32,000 nucleotides of DNA from Mycobacterium sp. E2479 (lineage in GTDB: Bacteria; Actinomycetota; Actinomycetes; Mycobacteriales; Mycobacteriaceae), in NCBI RefSeq assembly GCF_001667925.1, contig NZ_LZJR01000122.1:1-32000 (forward strand). The letters run 5' to 3'. The position numbers and the translations under genes were made by a program. Below the pieces are notes generated by a model. It was not told where the DNA came from and searched no databases. It worked only from the letters and a program-made list of their open reading frames with translations. This document shows positions 17,071-26,535 of this stretch, piece after piece (the stretch's first letter is position 1; each line of letters opens with the position of its first letter).

Positions 17071-17493
17071 TTACGCGGTACCGGATTGATTGGCCAATTC
17101 GAGCGCCTCCCGTTGGATGCGATCGAACTGGGCACCCATCGCCTCGGACAGCGCCGTCGCGCCCGAAAGCGGCCGCACCATCACCATGAAGTCGTCGATG
17201 AGGCCGTCGTCGTCGAAGTGCAGGAAGTCGCAACCGGTGATCTTCATGCCCGGGGCCCCCGCTATCCCGGTCTCGAACACGAAGGCGTGATTCCGACCGC
17301 CGGGGTCGTGGATCTCGCGGACGTAGCGGAAGTCTTCGAAGATCCGCAACACACCGCGCAGGATCGCGGCGGTGATCGGTTTGCCGACATAGGGCTTGAA
17401 GGCCACCGGGCTGGTGAAGACCACGCCGTCGGCCAACATCGCTTGGATGCCCTTCTCGTCGCGGTCTTCGACGGCTTTGCGGAACGGGTGCAT
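17071..17493 (-). CDS. SnoaL/NTF2-like fold protein
   Basis: 140 aa, the size and pattern of a SnoaL-like polyketide-cyclase fold. Its stop lies 5 nt before the LLM start, so the two form a likely operon. Confidence 0.65.
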   Translation of the reverse strand: MHPFRKAVEDRDEKGIQAMLADGVVFTSPVAFKPYVGKPITAAILRGVLRIFEDFRYVREIHDPGGRNHAFVFETGIAGAPGMKITGCDFLHFDDDGLIDDFMVMVRPLSGATALSEAMGAQFDRIQREALELANQSGTA

Positions 17494-17600
17494 CGCGACC
17501 TCACATGGTCAACTAGTTGAGTAGGTGGATCTGACGCTAGGGCGCCGGCAGGTAAATGTCCAGATGCGATTAATCACTTTATTGAATAATCGTGTTGTTG

Positions 17601-17606
17601 TAGCAT
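17601..17606 (+). promoter_or_regulatory. Candidate -10 (TAGCAT) 6 nt upstream of the padR ATG, suggesting a leaderless transcript
   Basis: TAGCAT-cgatcg-ATG. It overlaps the perfect 12-bp palindrome catcgatcgatg (17604-17615). Confidence 0.35.
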
Positions 17607-17612
17607 CGATCG

Positions 17613-18218
17613 ATGTCGCTGCGTGACGCGGTGTTGGCCGCCCTCCTCGAGGGTGAATCATCCGGGTACGACCTGGCCAAAGATTTCGACGCCTCGGTCG
17701 CCAACTTCTGGCCGGCCACCCCCCAGCAGCTGTATCGCGAACTCGACCGGCTGGCTGAGCAAGGCCTCATCCAGGCCCGAATCGTGCAGCAAGAACGCCG
17801 GCCCAACAAGCGCATGTTCTCGCTGACCGAGGCGGGCCGTGACGCGATCCGGCAGTTCACCACCACGGCGCCGAAGCCGTCGGTCATCCGCGATGAATTG
17901 CTGGTCAAGGTCCAGGCCTCCGACGCCGGAGACCTCGAGGCGGTCCGCGGATTCATTCGGGAACGACGGGATTGGGCGGTCGCCAAAGCACAACGCTACG
18001 AACGGCTGCGGGCGCGAATGCTGGACGGCCGCAGCGAAGAGGATTATCTCGCCCAGGTCGACCGAGTTGGCCCCTACCTGACACTCACGCGCGGAATCTC
18101 GTTCGAAGAGGAGAACATTCGATGGGCCGAGCGCGCGCTGAGCATCGTCGAACGTCGCCTGTCCGACGGCGTTGCGCGTACCGCACGATCACGGCGCCGC
18201 GCTGCTGCCCGCCGATGA
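17613..18218 (+). CDS. PadR family transcriptional regulator
   Basis: The winged HTH reads AALLEGESSGYDLAKDF...WPATPQQLYRELDRLAEQGLI, and a C-terminal dimerisation domain follows. Confidence 0.9.
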   Translation: MSLRDAVLAALLEGESSGYDLAKDFDASVANFWPATPQQLYRELDRLAEQGLIQARIVQQERRPNKRMFSLTEAGRDAIRQFTTTAPKPSVIRDELLVKVQASDAGDLEAVRGFIRERRDWAVAKAQRYERLRARMLDGRSEEDYLAQVDRVGPYLTLTRGISFEEENIRWAERALSIVERRLSDGVARTARSRRRAAARR

Positions 18219-18291
18219 GTCCGGGGAACGGGTCAGCGTTCGCGGAGGGCGCGCATGGGCCGATCGAAGGCCGGCGACGTTAGCCTGAGGA

Positions 18292-19056
18292 ATGACCGAA
18301 TATCGTTCGCCCTCGACCGGCCGGGTTGTACGTGCCGTTTTGTTCGATACCTTTGGAACGGTCGTCGACTGGCGTTCCGGGATCGCCGCCTCAGTACGCG
18401 ATTTCGCGCAGCGCCACCACCTCAGCGTCGACTCCGGGGCTTTCGCGCTGGAATGGCGCGGACGGTACCTGCCATCGATGTCCGAGGTCCTTTCGGGCCG
18501 TCGCGAGTTCGTGTCGCTGGACATTTTGCATGAAGAAAACCTCCTCGCATCGTTTGAGAAGTTCGGTGTCGCCGCCGAAGTGCTGCCGAGCGAGGAGGTG
18601 GAGGCACTCGCCCGGTCGTGGCGCTGGTTGCCACCGTGGCCGGATAGTGTCGACGGCATCGCGGCCATGAAGCGACACGTCATCGTCGGGCCGCTGTCCA
18701 ACGGCAACACCGGACTGCTGGTCGATATGGCGAAGTACGCCGGTCTGCCATGGGATGTGGTGCTCGGGTCCGATGTCGGCAAAACCTACAAGCCCGATCC
18801 GCGTGCTTACCAGACGCCCGCGCATCTGCTCGGTCTGGAACCCGGTGAGGTGATGCTGGTGGCGGCGCACCCCACCGACCTCGAGGCGGCTCAGAACAGC
18901 GGCCTGGCCACCGGTTTCGTCGCGCGACCGCAGGAATACGGCCCCGGCCGGGAACTATACCTCGAAGCCACGGGCGTCGACCTCTCGGGCGCATCGCTGG
19001 TCGAATTGGCCACGTTGATGTTCGGTGCACCGGGTCGGAGTCGAGGAGATCGCTGA
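18292..19056 (+). CDS. HAD-superfamily hydrolase, haloacid dehalogenase type II-like
   Basis: Motif I is AVLFDTFGTVVDW. The SNGN and K..PD blocks and the DLEAA motif IV region are also present. Confidence 0.85.
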   Translation: MTEYRSPSTGRVVRAVLFDTFGTVVDWRSGIAASVRDFAQRHHLSVDSGAFALEWRGRYLPSMSEVLSGRREFVSLDILHEENLLASFEKFGVAAEVLPSEEVEALARSWRWLPPWPDSVDGIAAMKRHVIVGPLSNGNTGLLVDMAKYAGLPWDVVLGSDVGKTYKPDPRAYQTPAHLLGLEPGEVMLVAAHPTDLEAAQNSGLATGFVARPQEYGPGRELYLEATGVDLSGASLVELATLMFGAPGRSRGDR

Positions 19057-19072
19057 GCCGGCGCCGACTGGT

Positions 19073-19795
19073 TTACTTCCACGCGAAAACCGGCTGTTCC
19101 AACCCGTCGACCGGGTCGGCTCGCCCTTCCAGACACAGCCAGCGCAGCTGCAGCAGCACGGCGCCGGTCGGTGCGTGAATGAGGTCATTTCCCAACGGGA
19201 TCTGCACGACCGGTCGCGGGCTCTCCGCAATTGTGATGAACCGGGGCGAGTCATCACGCTGGAGCTGGTGGAGCCCCACCCGGTAAACGGCCACCACCTC
19301 GTCGGGCGCGGGGCGAGGCTCCAGCCGTCCTCCTCCCCACACGACTACCGGTGTGATCACGTACCCGGACCGGGTGGGGTAGTCGTCGAGCAAACCCAGC
19401 ACGGTCGAATCGGACAGCTCGACGCCGACCTCCTCACGCAGTTCTCGCAGCGCGGCGTCGACCGCCGTCTCGCCGGGATCGAGCCGACCACCCGGTAGTG
19501 CCCATTGGGCCGCATGTGAACTGAGACGAGACGCCCTGCGGCACAGCAAAAACGCGGCCCCGCCGGAGACATCGACCATGCGGCCGTCCAAATGGGTGGC
19601 GGGCATCGGACGTCCGCCATTCCACTCGTCCACCGACACTGGATCGACCCGATCCTCCCCCACCTCCGAATCGACCAGTACCACCGCGACGGCCGCGTGC
19701 CGCTTTGTCGGATCGGTCAGCACGCGACGATCGTGGCCGTCCAGATGGTTCCGTATCCGCACACGCAAAGCCTGGTCATAGGGGATGGTCACCAC
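19073..19795 (-). CDS. NUDIX hydrolase
   Basis: The Nudix box is LPGGRLDPGETAVDAALRELREEVGV. Confidence 0.85.
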   Translation of the reverse strand: MVTIPYDQALRVRIRNHLDGHDRRVLTDPTKRHAAVAVVLVDSEVGEDRVDPVSVDEWNGGRPMPATHLDGRMVDVSGGAAFLLCRRASRLSSHAAQWALPGGRLDPGETAVDAALRELREEVGVELSDSTVLGLLDDYPTRSGYVITPVVVWGGGRLEPRPAPDEVVAVYRVGLHQLQRDDSPRFITIAESPRPVVQIPLGNDLIHAPTGAVLLQLRWLCLEGRADPVDGLEQPVFAWK

Positions 19796-19871
19796 CCGAG
19801 CCTAAACTGAGGAGCTTTTCTACCGCAGGTCCGTGCTTGGTGGTGGGCTGCGCCAGTGGTTAACTGCGAAC

Positions 19872-20765
19872 ATGCGACGACAACCGCTGCTGGCCCGACG
19901 TTTTTTCGATCGCTACGAACCGGTGCACGCAGTCACGTACTTCGCACCGGAGGCACGGGCCGCGCTGGACGCACTGGGCTACCGGGGTTTCTGGATGGGC
20001 TATTTCGCGGCTCGCTCGGCACCGCTCGGCGCCCTACCCCGCGAGGTGGTCACCGCGGTGTTCTACAACTTCGCGCCCGAACGGGTCGCTAAGGCACTGC
20101 CCGCGGCATGGGAGATCGCGGGTCCAGAGGCCGCACTGCGTGCTCGGCAAGAGTCGGCGGTGGCGGCGCTACGCCGCTACGGCCTGGGCTTAAATGAAAA
20201 TGTCCGCGTTGCAGCCGAACTGGCGAGCAGGGCGGCCCGGCACGCGCCCCTCGATGCGCGCCCGCTGTTCGCGGCCAATGTGGCGCTGCCCTGGCCGGAC
20301 GATCCATTGTCCGCCCTGTGGCACGCCACCACGCTGCTGCGCGAACAGCGCGGCGACGCCCACGTGGCGGTGCTGGCCGCGGCCGGCGTCTCAGGCCGAG
20401 AATCCAACGTCCTACACGCCGCGGCGGGCAACGTCTCTCGCGACTACATCGCACGCACCCGTGACTACGACGAGACGTCCTGGCGTCAACACGAACAAGC
20501 GCTCGCCGAGCGGGGGTTACTCAGCAGCGATGGAACACTGACCGCGGCCGGACGGCAATTGAAGGATCACATCGAATCGACGACCGACACGCTGGCGCTG
20601 TCCGCACTCGACGCCCTCAACGATGACGAGGTGGAGACGCTGTTTCAGACACTCACCCCGATCACCCGCACGGTGGTCGCGGGAGGCGACGTTCCGGCGC
20701 GCACGCCGATGACATTACGCCGCGACGAATTACATGATGACAGCGCGCATCTGGTGGGCCGATGA
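19872..20765 (+). CDS. Conserved hypothetical protein (SCO6745-like family)
   Basis: The N-terminal block FFDRYEPVHAVTYFAPEARAALDALGYRGFWMGYFAARSAPLG resembles this actinobacterial family as I remember it. GTG 19833 is an alternative start. Confidence 0.55.
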   Translation: MRRQPLLARRFFDRYEPVHAVTYFAPEARAALDALGYRGFWMGYFAARSAPLGALPREVVTAVFYNFAPERVAKALPAAWEIAGPEAALRARQESAVAALRRYGLGLNENVRVAAELASRAARHAPLDARPLFAANVALPWPDDPLSALWHATTLLREQRGDAHVAVLAAAGVSGRESNVLHAAAGNVSRDYIARTRDYDETSWRQHEQALAERGLLSSDGTLTAAGRQLKDHIESTTDTLALSALDALNDDEVETLFQTLTPITRTVVAGGDVPARTPMTLRRDELHDDSAHLVGR

Positions 20766-21028
20766 GCGGCCAGCGCGTGCCGGGCGGTGTCGTGCACAAG
20801 TTGCCGGCGGATCTGCGCGAGTCGCTGATCGGCAATGCCACCGCACTAGCCGCGTGGAAGGACATCACGCCGCTGGCGCGAAACGAGTTCATCTGTTGGG
20901 TCGAGGACGCCAAGCAACAGGTGACCCGAGAGCGCCGCATCCGCCGGACCCAGGAGGAGTTGGAAGAGGGCAAGCGCCGGCCGTGCTGCTGGCCGGGTTG
21001 CAAACACCGCGAGCGCACCGGAAAGTAA
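20762..21028 (+). CDS. YdeI/OmpD-associated family protein
   Basis: 88 aa with LPADLRESL...AWKDITPLARNEFICWVEDAKQQVTRERRIRRTQEEL. An ATGA overlap links it to the preceding gene. Confidence 0.65.
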   Translation: MSGQRVPGGVVHKLPADLRESLIGNATALAAWKDITPLARNEFICWVEDAKQQVTRERRIRRTQEELEEGKRRPCCWPGCKHRERTGK

Positions 21029-21060
21029 AGGCGCACCGGAACTCTCGGGGAGGTGGGCCG

Positions 21061-21414
21061 CTATCGGTCCAACGGCTTATAGAACACCAAGCCGTTGCCC
21101 TTGTTGTCATAGACCACGGCGCGCCGTTCATGGGCGTCGTCGTAAGGGCCCTTCACGATGCCGCCGCCGCTGGCCTCGACAGCCTCCGCCGCGGCATCGA
21201 CGTCGGTGGTCTTGATCCCGACCACGACCTGGCCCGGGATGGGATGGTCGATCGCGGTCGCCAACGCCAACGTGATCGGGCCCGCGTCCATGGCCGCGAA
21301 GTGCGCACCGTCGCGGAACTTCAGTGACATGCCCAAGGTCTCGCTGTAGAACCTGATCGACTCGTCCAGGTCGTCGGTCGACAAGATGATCATCTTCGCT
21401 TCGTGCTCACTCAT
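21061..21414 (-). CDS. VOC (glyoxalase/bleomycin-resistance) family protein
   Basis: 117 aa with a beta-alpha-beta-beta-beta pattern: FYSETLGMSLKF... and ...DAHERRAVVYDNKGNGLVFY. Confidence 0.8.
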   Translation of the reverse strand: MSEHEAKMIILSTDDLDESIRFYSETLGMSLKFRDGAHFAAMDAGPITLALATAIDHPIPGQVVVGIKTTDVDAAAEAVEASGGGIVKGPYDDAHERRAVVYDNKGNGLVFYKPLDR

Positions 21415-21483
21415 GGCGCCTCCCGTGTCCCACTCGCTCCCAGATCAGGCCGGGTTACCAGTTTCTGCGAGGAAACGCGAATT

Positions 21484-22014
21484 CTAGGAGTCGAAGCTCA
21501 GGTGACGCCAAGATGGAATCGCTTGGCCGTCAGAATAATCCATTGGCAAAGCCTCGCCATGTCCTGCACCGCGGTAGGCGACCGCGGTAGCCAGCGCCGT
21601 TGCACCCTCGATCGTCCCAACCACAACGACGTTGTCATTGACCGCGAAATGCGGTGCGGTGGTGATGGGTTGGCGCGCACCATGGGGGACGACGGTGGTT
21701 TCCGGGGTGAATCGATAGGTCTGGATGTGCCCGTCGGCGCTGCGCATGGTCACCGAGTTCGCCGACACGGCCACCACAGTCCCTTCCTGGCTCACCGGTT
21801 GCAAAGTCGCCGGCGGCTCCAGATCGGCGGCTACAGCGCGCTTCTCAGGCTGGCCTAGGTTGAGCATCAGCGCCGTCACGCAGGCGGCACACAAGAGTGA
21901 CGCGGAGACGATGTCGCACACCGCGCCGGCGCCGGACAGCCCGCGCCGACGACCCCGATGAGTGGAAGTCGGCCTGCGCTCCGGTGCATCCGGCATGCGG
22001 TGTTTGGCGCTCAC
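21484..22014 (-). CDS. Hypothetical membrane-anchored protein
   Basis: It has a basic N-terminus, one TM segment (IVSASLLCAACVTALML), then a beta-rich domain (EGTVVAVSANSVTMRSADGHIQTYRF). Confidence 0.5.
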   Translation of the reverse strand: MSAKHRMPDAPERRPTSTHRGRRRGLSGAGAVCDIVSASLLCAACVTALMLNLGQPEKRAVAADLEPPATLQPVSQEGTVVAVSANSVTMRSADGHIQTYRFTPETTVVPHGARQPITTAPHFAVNDNVVVVGTIEGATALATAVAYRGAGHGEALPMDYSDGQAIPSWRHLSFDS

Positions 22015-22146
22015 GGTCTAATCCTTCCAGCGGCGTCACACCGAAGAACACCGGCGCCCACCGAATCAGGTTGTTGCCGTCCAATTACCCGCCGAATCGG
22101 ACCGGTAAACCGCACTCCGGCCAAGCGGGCCGGTGGGAGATGCGCG

Positions 22147-23031
22147 TCAGCCCTTGGTCAGGGTGAACTGTGCGACGTCGGTATAGCCCTCACGGAACAG
22201 GTCGGCGCAGCCCGTCAGGTACTTCATGTACCGGTCGTACACCTCTTCGGACTGGATCGCGACGGCCTGGTCTCGGCGCGCCTCGAGCGCGGCCGACCAA
22301 GTGTCAAGGGTGCGGGCGTAGTGCAGGCGCAGCGGCTGGATCAGCTTGACACCGAAGCCCGCGCGCTCGGCGTGCTCCACGACGCCCTTGGCCTGTGGCA
22401 GGTCCCCGCCCGGGAAGATCTCGTCCATGATGAACTTCATGAAGCGCAGCTTGCTCATGGTGATGGGCAGCCCGCGCTCGGCGAACTCTTCGTCGCTGGG
22501 CTTGATGATGGTGTGCAGCATCATGACGCCGTCGGCCGGTAGCGCCTCATAGGTCTTTTTGAAGAAGTCGTCGTACCGGTCGCGTCCGAAGTGCTCGAAG
22601 GCGCCGATCGACACGATCCGGTCGACTTTCTCATCGAACTGCTCCCAGCCCTGCAGCAGCACGCGCTTGGACCGCTGCGACGGATGGCTGTCAAGACGCC
22701 GCTGCACGTGTGCCTGCTGATTGCGGCTGAGCGTGAGGCCCACGACGTTGACATCGTAATTTTCGAGACCGCGGACGATGGTGGTGCCCCACCCGCACCC
22801 GATGTCGAGCAACGTCATGCCAGGTTGCAGTCCAAGCTTGCCCAGCGAGAGGTCAACCTTGGCGTACTGCGCCTCCTCCAACGTCATGTCGTCGCGCTCG
22901 AAATAGGCGCAGCTATAGGTCCGCGTCGGGTCTAGGAAGAGCGCGAAGAACTCATCGGAGAGGTCATAGTGCGCTTGTACGTCCTCGAAATGCGGTTCCA
23001 AGCTGACGGCATCGCCGGATTTTTCGGACAA
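22147..23031 (-). CDS. Mycolic acid methyltransferase/cyclopropane synthase (CmaA/MmaA/UmaA family)
   Basis: 294 aa with VQAHYDLSDEFFALFLDPTRTYSCAYFERDDMTLEEAQ. The SAM motif is LLDIGCGWG, and the C-terminal block is YMKYLTGCADLFREGYTDVAQFTL. Confidence 0.95.
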   Translation of the reverse strand: MSEKSGDAVSLEPHFEDVQAHYDLSDEFFALFLDPTRTYSCAYFERDDMTLEEAQYAKVDLSLGKLGLQPGMTLLDIGCGWGTTIVRGLENYDVNVVGLTLSRNQQAHVQRRLDSHPSQRSKRVLLQGWEQFDEKVDRIVSIGAFEHFGRDRYDDFFKKTYEALPADGVMMLHTIIKPSDEEFAERGLPITMSKLRFMKFIMDEIFPGGDLPQAKGVVEHAERAGFGVKLIQPLRLHYARTLDTWSAALEARRDQAVAIQSEEVYDRYMKYLTGCADLFREGYTDVAQFTLTKG

Positions 23032-23273
23032 GGCACAACCTCTGACTGATCTTATTGGCGTACGGGTGCGATCGAAGCTGACCGCTGACTGACGCCCCAG
23101 TGTATCCGCCCGGATGCCTGCGCCCTGCCGCCGAGTTCCAGTTCAGGGCCATAGCGCCGATGACCGCGGCGCCGACGGCACACGCGGTTGACGAATCCCG
23201 CGCCGAGTTGTTACCTCAGCTGGTGAGCGGGGTAAGCCCGGCTGACCGACATTCAGAGAGGCGGGACACTGCG

Positions 23274-23849
23274 ATGGACGACATCACTATGTTGATCCTC
23301 GCCGACCACGAGTGGTTTCGGGAACAGTTCGCGCGACTGGACGATCTGCAGGCCCAGCGCCCCGATGACCGGCCCGCGCTCAAACGAGTGTGGCGTGCGC
23401 TCGCCGACAAACTGGACGTGCACGCCTATATCGAAGAAAAGATCTTCTACCCCCAACTGCTGAAACGTGGGGGTGACGACGCCGAAGGCGAGACGCTCGA
23501 CGCGATCGGCGATCACAATGACATCCGCGACGGTGTGCGCGACGCCGACGCCGCCCCACTCGGCAGCGAGCAGTGGTGGGCGGCCGTAGGCCGCACCCGG
23601 GTGGCCAACGACGATCACATGGGCGAGGAGGAACGAGAAGGCCTGTCGGACTTTCGCCGCAATGCGCCCATCGGGCTTCGGGAAGCGCTCGGCCGTCAAT
23701 ACAGCGAGTTCATGGCCGAGCACCCCACCACCAAGGGGTTGTCGATCACGGATCGTGACCCGCAGCGCTACGTCGAACAGTTCGACGAGCCGACACAGGG
23801 AAAGCCGGCCGATTTCTCGCTGCGCATCGGGAGCCTCAAAGGCCAATGA
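23274..23849 (+). CDS. Hemerythrin HHE cation-binding domain protein
   Basis: MDDITMLILADHEWFREQF... with H/E-rich helices (DVHAYIEEKIFYP, IGDHNDIRD). The upstream 58 codons of the ORF track look non-coding. Confidence 0.75.
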   Translation: MDDITMLILADHEWFREQFARLDDLQAQRPDDRPALKRVWRALADKLDVHAYIEEKIFYPQLLKRGGDDAEGETLDAIGDHNDIRDGVRDADAAPLGSEQWWAAVGRTRVANDDHMGEEEREGLSDFRRNAPIGLREALGRQYSEFMAEHPTTKGLSITDRDPQRYVEQFDEPTQGKPADFSLRIGSLKGQ

Positions 23850-24090
23850 GCGGCGCCCGCGAACGAGCCGGCGTGACGCGGATAACCGATTTCGGCCTGC
23901 ACGGCGGCGGGATTCCGACGTCGGTGACTCCGGCGACGCTCGCCTAACTGGCATCTCCCGTCGATGCGCGTGATTACCCCCACCCCGCTGGTTCGTCCGC
24001 GAAATGTTTCGGGTAAGCCATCACTCGATGGTTATTCGACGCCGCCGGAGGAAGTGGGCACGTAAAGACATCAGGGTCGCCGATCCGGCG

Positions 24091-25422
24091 ATGCGCCAAA
24101 CCATAATGGGCACCGCGATCGGCAACTTCATGGAATGGTACGACTTCGGGGTCTACGGCTACATCGCCACCACGATCGCCCAGGTGTTTTATCCCGGAAA
24201 GAACGTCAGCGGCGTTCACCTCATCGCGACCTTCGGCACGCTGGCGGCGGCATTCGTCGTGCGCCCGCTCGGCGGATTCATCTTCGGCCCGCTGGGCGAT
24301 CGGATCGGTCGCCACCGAGTCCTGGTGGTCACCATCCTCATGATGACGGTGAGCACCACCATGACCGGCCTGCTGCCCACCTACAGCGCCATCGGCATCT
24401 GGGCGCCGATCCTGCTCGTCGTCGCACGAATTTTCCAGGGCCTATCGACCGGTGGCGAGTACGTCGGCGCGATGACCTATCTCGTCGAGCAGGCCCCCGA
24501 CCACAAACGCGGCATGATGGTCGGGTTCTTGCCCATGGGCAACCTGGTCGGATTCGTCCTGGCCGGGTTGCTGGTGACGGGTTTGCAGACCTGGCTGCCG
24601 GATGACGCCATGCTGACCTACGGCTGGCGGATTCCGCTGTTGCTGGGGCTGCCCTTCGGTCTGGTCGCCTTGTACCTGCGGCTTCGGCTCAAGGAGTCCT
24701 CCGCCTACCAGAGTGCGCACGACGCTGCGTCCGCATCGGGTGGCCAAGGTCGGCAGCAAATTCTGCGCACGGTCGCGACCCAATGGCGCCCGATGCTGAT
24801 CTGCGCGGCGCTGGTGCTGACCTCCCAGGTCGCCGACTTCATGCTCACCGGATATCTGCCGACGTACCTCAGGCTCTTCGTCCGCGTCGGGCGCACCGCA
24901 GGACTGGTCATGATCGTGTCGACCTTGGCGATACTGATGGTCACCGTGGTGCTCGTCGCCGGCTTGTCCGACCGCATCGGCGTCAAACCCATCATGTGGA
25001 CGGGCTGCGGGCTGCTGATCGTGGCGTCCGTCCCGGCGTTCCTGCTCATCCGCTTCGGGGGCATATACCCGGTGATCTTCATCGGGGTGCTGACGATCGG
25101 CCTGATGGAATTGTGCTTTGACAGCACCGGGCCGGCCATGCTGCCGGCTCTGTTTCCGACCAACGTGCGCTATGGGGCGCTGGCGATTTCGTACAACATC
25201 TCGATATCGCTCGTCGGCGGTATCACACCCTTGATCGCCCAAGCGCTGGTATCGGGTACCGGCAACGTGATGGTGCCTGCCTACATGCTGATATTCGGCG
25301 GCGTAGTGGGCGCCATCACGCTGCTATTCACCCCGGAAGTAGCGCGAAAGCCGTTGCCCGGCTCCGGGCCTGCCGTCGAAACCGAGCGGGAGGCCCGCGC
25401 GCTCGCCGAGGAAATCAGCTAA
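24091..25422 (+). CDS. MFS transporter, metabolite:H+ symporter (ProP/MHS-like)
   Basis: It has the blocks GNFMEWYDFGVYGY, RPLGGFIFGPLGDRIGR and FQGLSTGGEY, and 12 TM helices. Confidence 0.9.
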   Translation: MRQTIMGTAIGNFMEWYDFGVYGYIATTIAQVFYPGKNVSGVHLIATFGTLAAAFVVRPLGGFIFGPLGDRIGRHRVLVVTILMMTVSTTMTGLLPTYSAIGIWAPILLVVARIFQGLSTGGEYVGAMTYLVEQAPDHKRGMMVGFLPMGNLVGFVLAGLLVTGLQTWLPDDAMLTYGWRIPLLLGLPFGLVALYLRLRLKESSAYQSAHDAASASGGQGRQQILRTVATQWRPMLICAALVLTSQVADFMLTGYLPTYLRLFVRVGRTAGLVMIVSTLAILMVTVVLVAGLSDRIGVKPIMWTGCGLLIVASVPAFLLIRFGGIYPVIFIGVLTIGLMELCFDSTGPAMLPALFPTNVRYGALAISYNISISLVGGITPLIAQALVSGTGNVMVPAYMLIFGGVVGAITLLFTPEVARKPLPGSGPAVETEREARALAEEIS

Positions 25423-25476
25423 CGGCCGTTCTCGACGAAAACGTTTCTTTGGCGCTGACGGGCTGATCCCTTGAAG

Positions 25477-25713
25477 ATGCGGACCGCTTTCCAGCAGCGC
25501 CTGGACGCGCTGACCGACCGCCGAGATCGTCCGCACCCGTCACCCCTATTCGGCCGTTCCCGACGACGTACGACACCGGACTCACGAAGTCGCCGCCGCC
25601 GTGGAGGCCACCCTGTTGGGCCGCTCCTACGACACTTCGCCGCCCATGCGATCGAGATCGCGCGACGGGTCATCTTCCTGGCCACCGGTGCCAGCCGCCC
25701 TCGGAGTCGGTGA
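25477..25713 (+). pseudogene. Collapsed phoU/phoY-like pseudogene relic
   Basis: There are three collinear pieces in two frames. The first is MRTAFQQRLDALTD (25477-25518). The second is EIVRTRHPYSAVPDDV..HEVAAAVEATLLGRSY (25523-25630). The third is RHFAAHAIEIARRVIFLATG (25630-25689), with a stop at 25711. These resemble the N-terminus, middle and C-terminus of about 220-aa PhoU/PhoY proteins as I remember them. Confidence 0.45.
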
Positions 25714-25779
25714 CAACCGCCCGGGTACCGCACACTCCGCCGAGGACATGCCCGACACGACGTGTTGCCGCCGCATCAT

Positions 25780-26535
25780 TCAGGCGTGACGTAGCACCAG
25801 CAACTCACCGGTCAAGGTTCCATCGCCCAACAGCCGTCCGATCCTGGAACTTTGACGTTCGGCGAGCTGCCAGGCTTCCGTGTGGCCGTGCCGCTCACCG
25901 AGAACACTCTCTACGGTATCGACGCGCTCGTTCCACGTGTCGTCGATCGGCGGCAGGGCCGCCGTGCCTAACCACTGCTCGACGTGAAGTGAGGCGCCGG
26001 TCAATAGCTCACGCAATTCGCTGGGCGTCGGAAAGTGATTGCCTTCCAAAATGTTTGACGGTATTTCCCGGTGCGCGACGAAAACCAGCAGCCCAATGCG
26101 CCCACCCGGCCGCACGACGCGGCCCAACTCTGTGAGCAGCGCCAATTGATCCCGCGTCGTACACAACACGCCCAGCGACCAGGCCGCGTCGAAACTGCCA
26201 TCCCGCACCGGCAGGGCCGATCCGAGAGCGCACACCACCGGAAAACCGAAAAGCTTCTGCGCCGCGCGACAGGCGCCCGTTTCGGGTTCGACGAGCAAGG
26301 GCCGCGCCGCGCCGGATCGGGCGGCGTAGGCGGCGGGGCCTCCGACGCCCGCGCCGGAATCCAACAGGGCGGCCCCGGGCGCCAACTCCATCCGCTCGAT
26401 GAGCCAGTCGAGTGCGGCCGGACTCCCGCTTCCCCGGCACCCGGCAGGAAGGTGATAGTCCGGCCCGAGTTCCGCCGCGACCTGCGCGGTCCATTCGGCT
26501 ACGGTGTCGAACTCGGCCTCCATTGCGTCCGTCAT
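25780..26535 (-). CDS. Class I SAM-dependent methyltransferase
   Basis: 251 aa. Motif I is LLDSGAGVGGPA, followed by motif post-I/II spacing. Its ATG is part of the last ATGA of the repeat array. Confidence 0.85.
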   Translation of the reverse strand: MTDAMEAEFDTVAEWTAQVAAELGPDYHLPAGCRGSGSPAALDWLIERMELAPGAALLDSGAGVGGPAAYAARSGAARPLLVEPETGACRAAQKLFGFPVVCALGSALPVRDGSFDAAWSLGVLCTTRDQLALLTELGRVVRPGGRIGLLVFVAHREIPSNILEGNHFPTPSELRELLTGASLHVEQWLGTAALPPIDDTWNERVDTVESVLGERHGHTEAWQLAERQSSRIGRLLGDGTLTGELLVLRHA

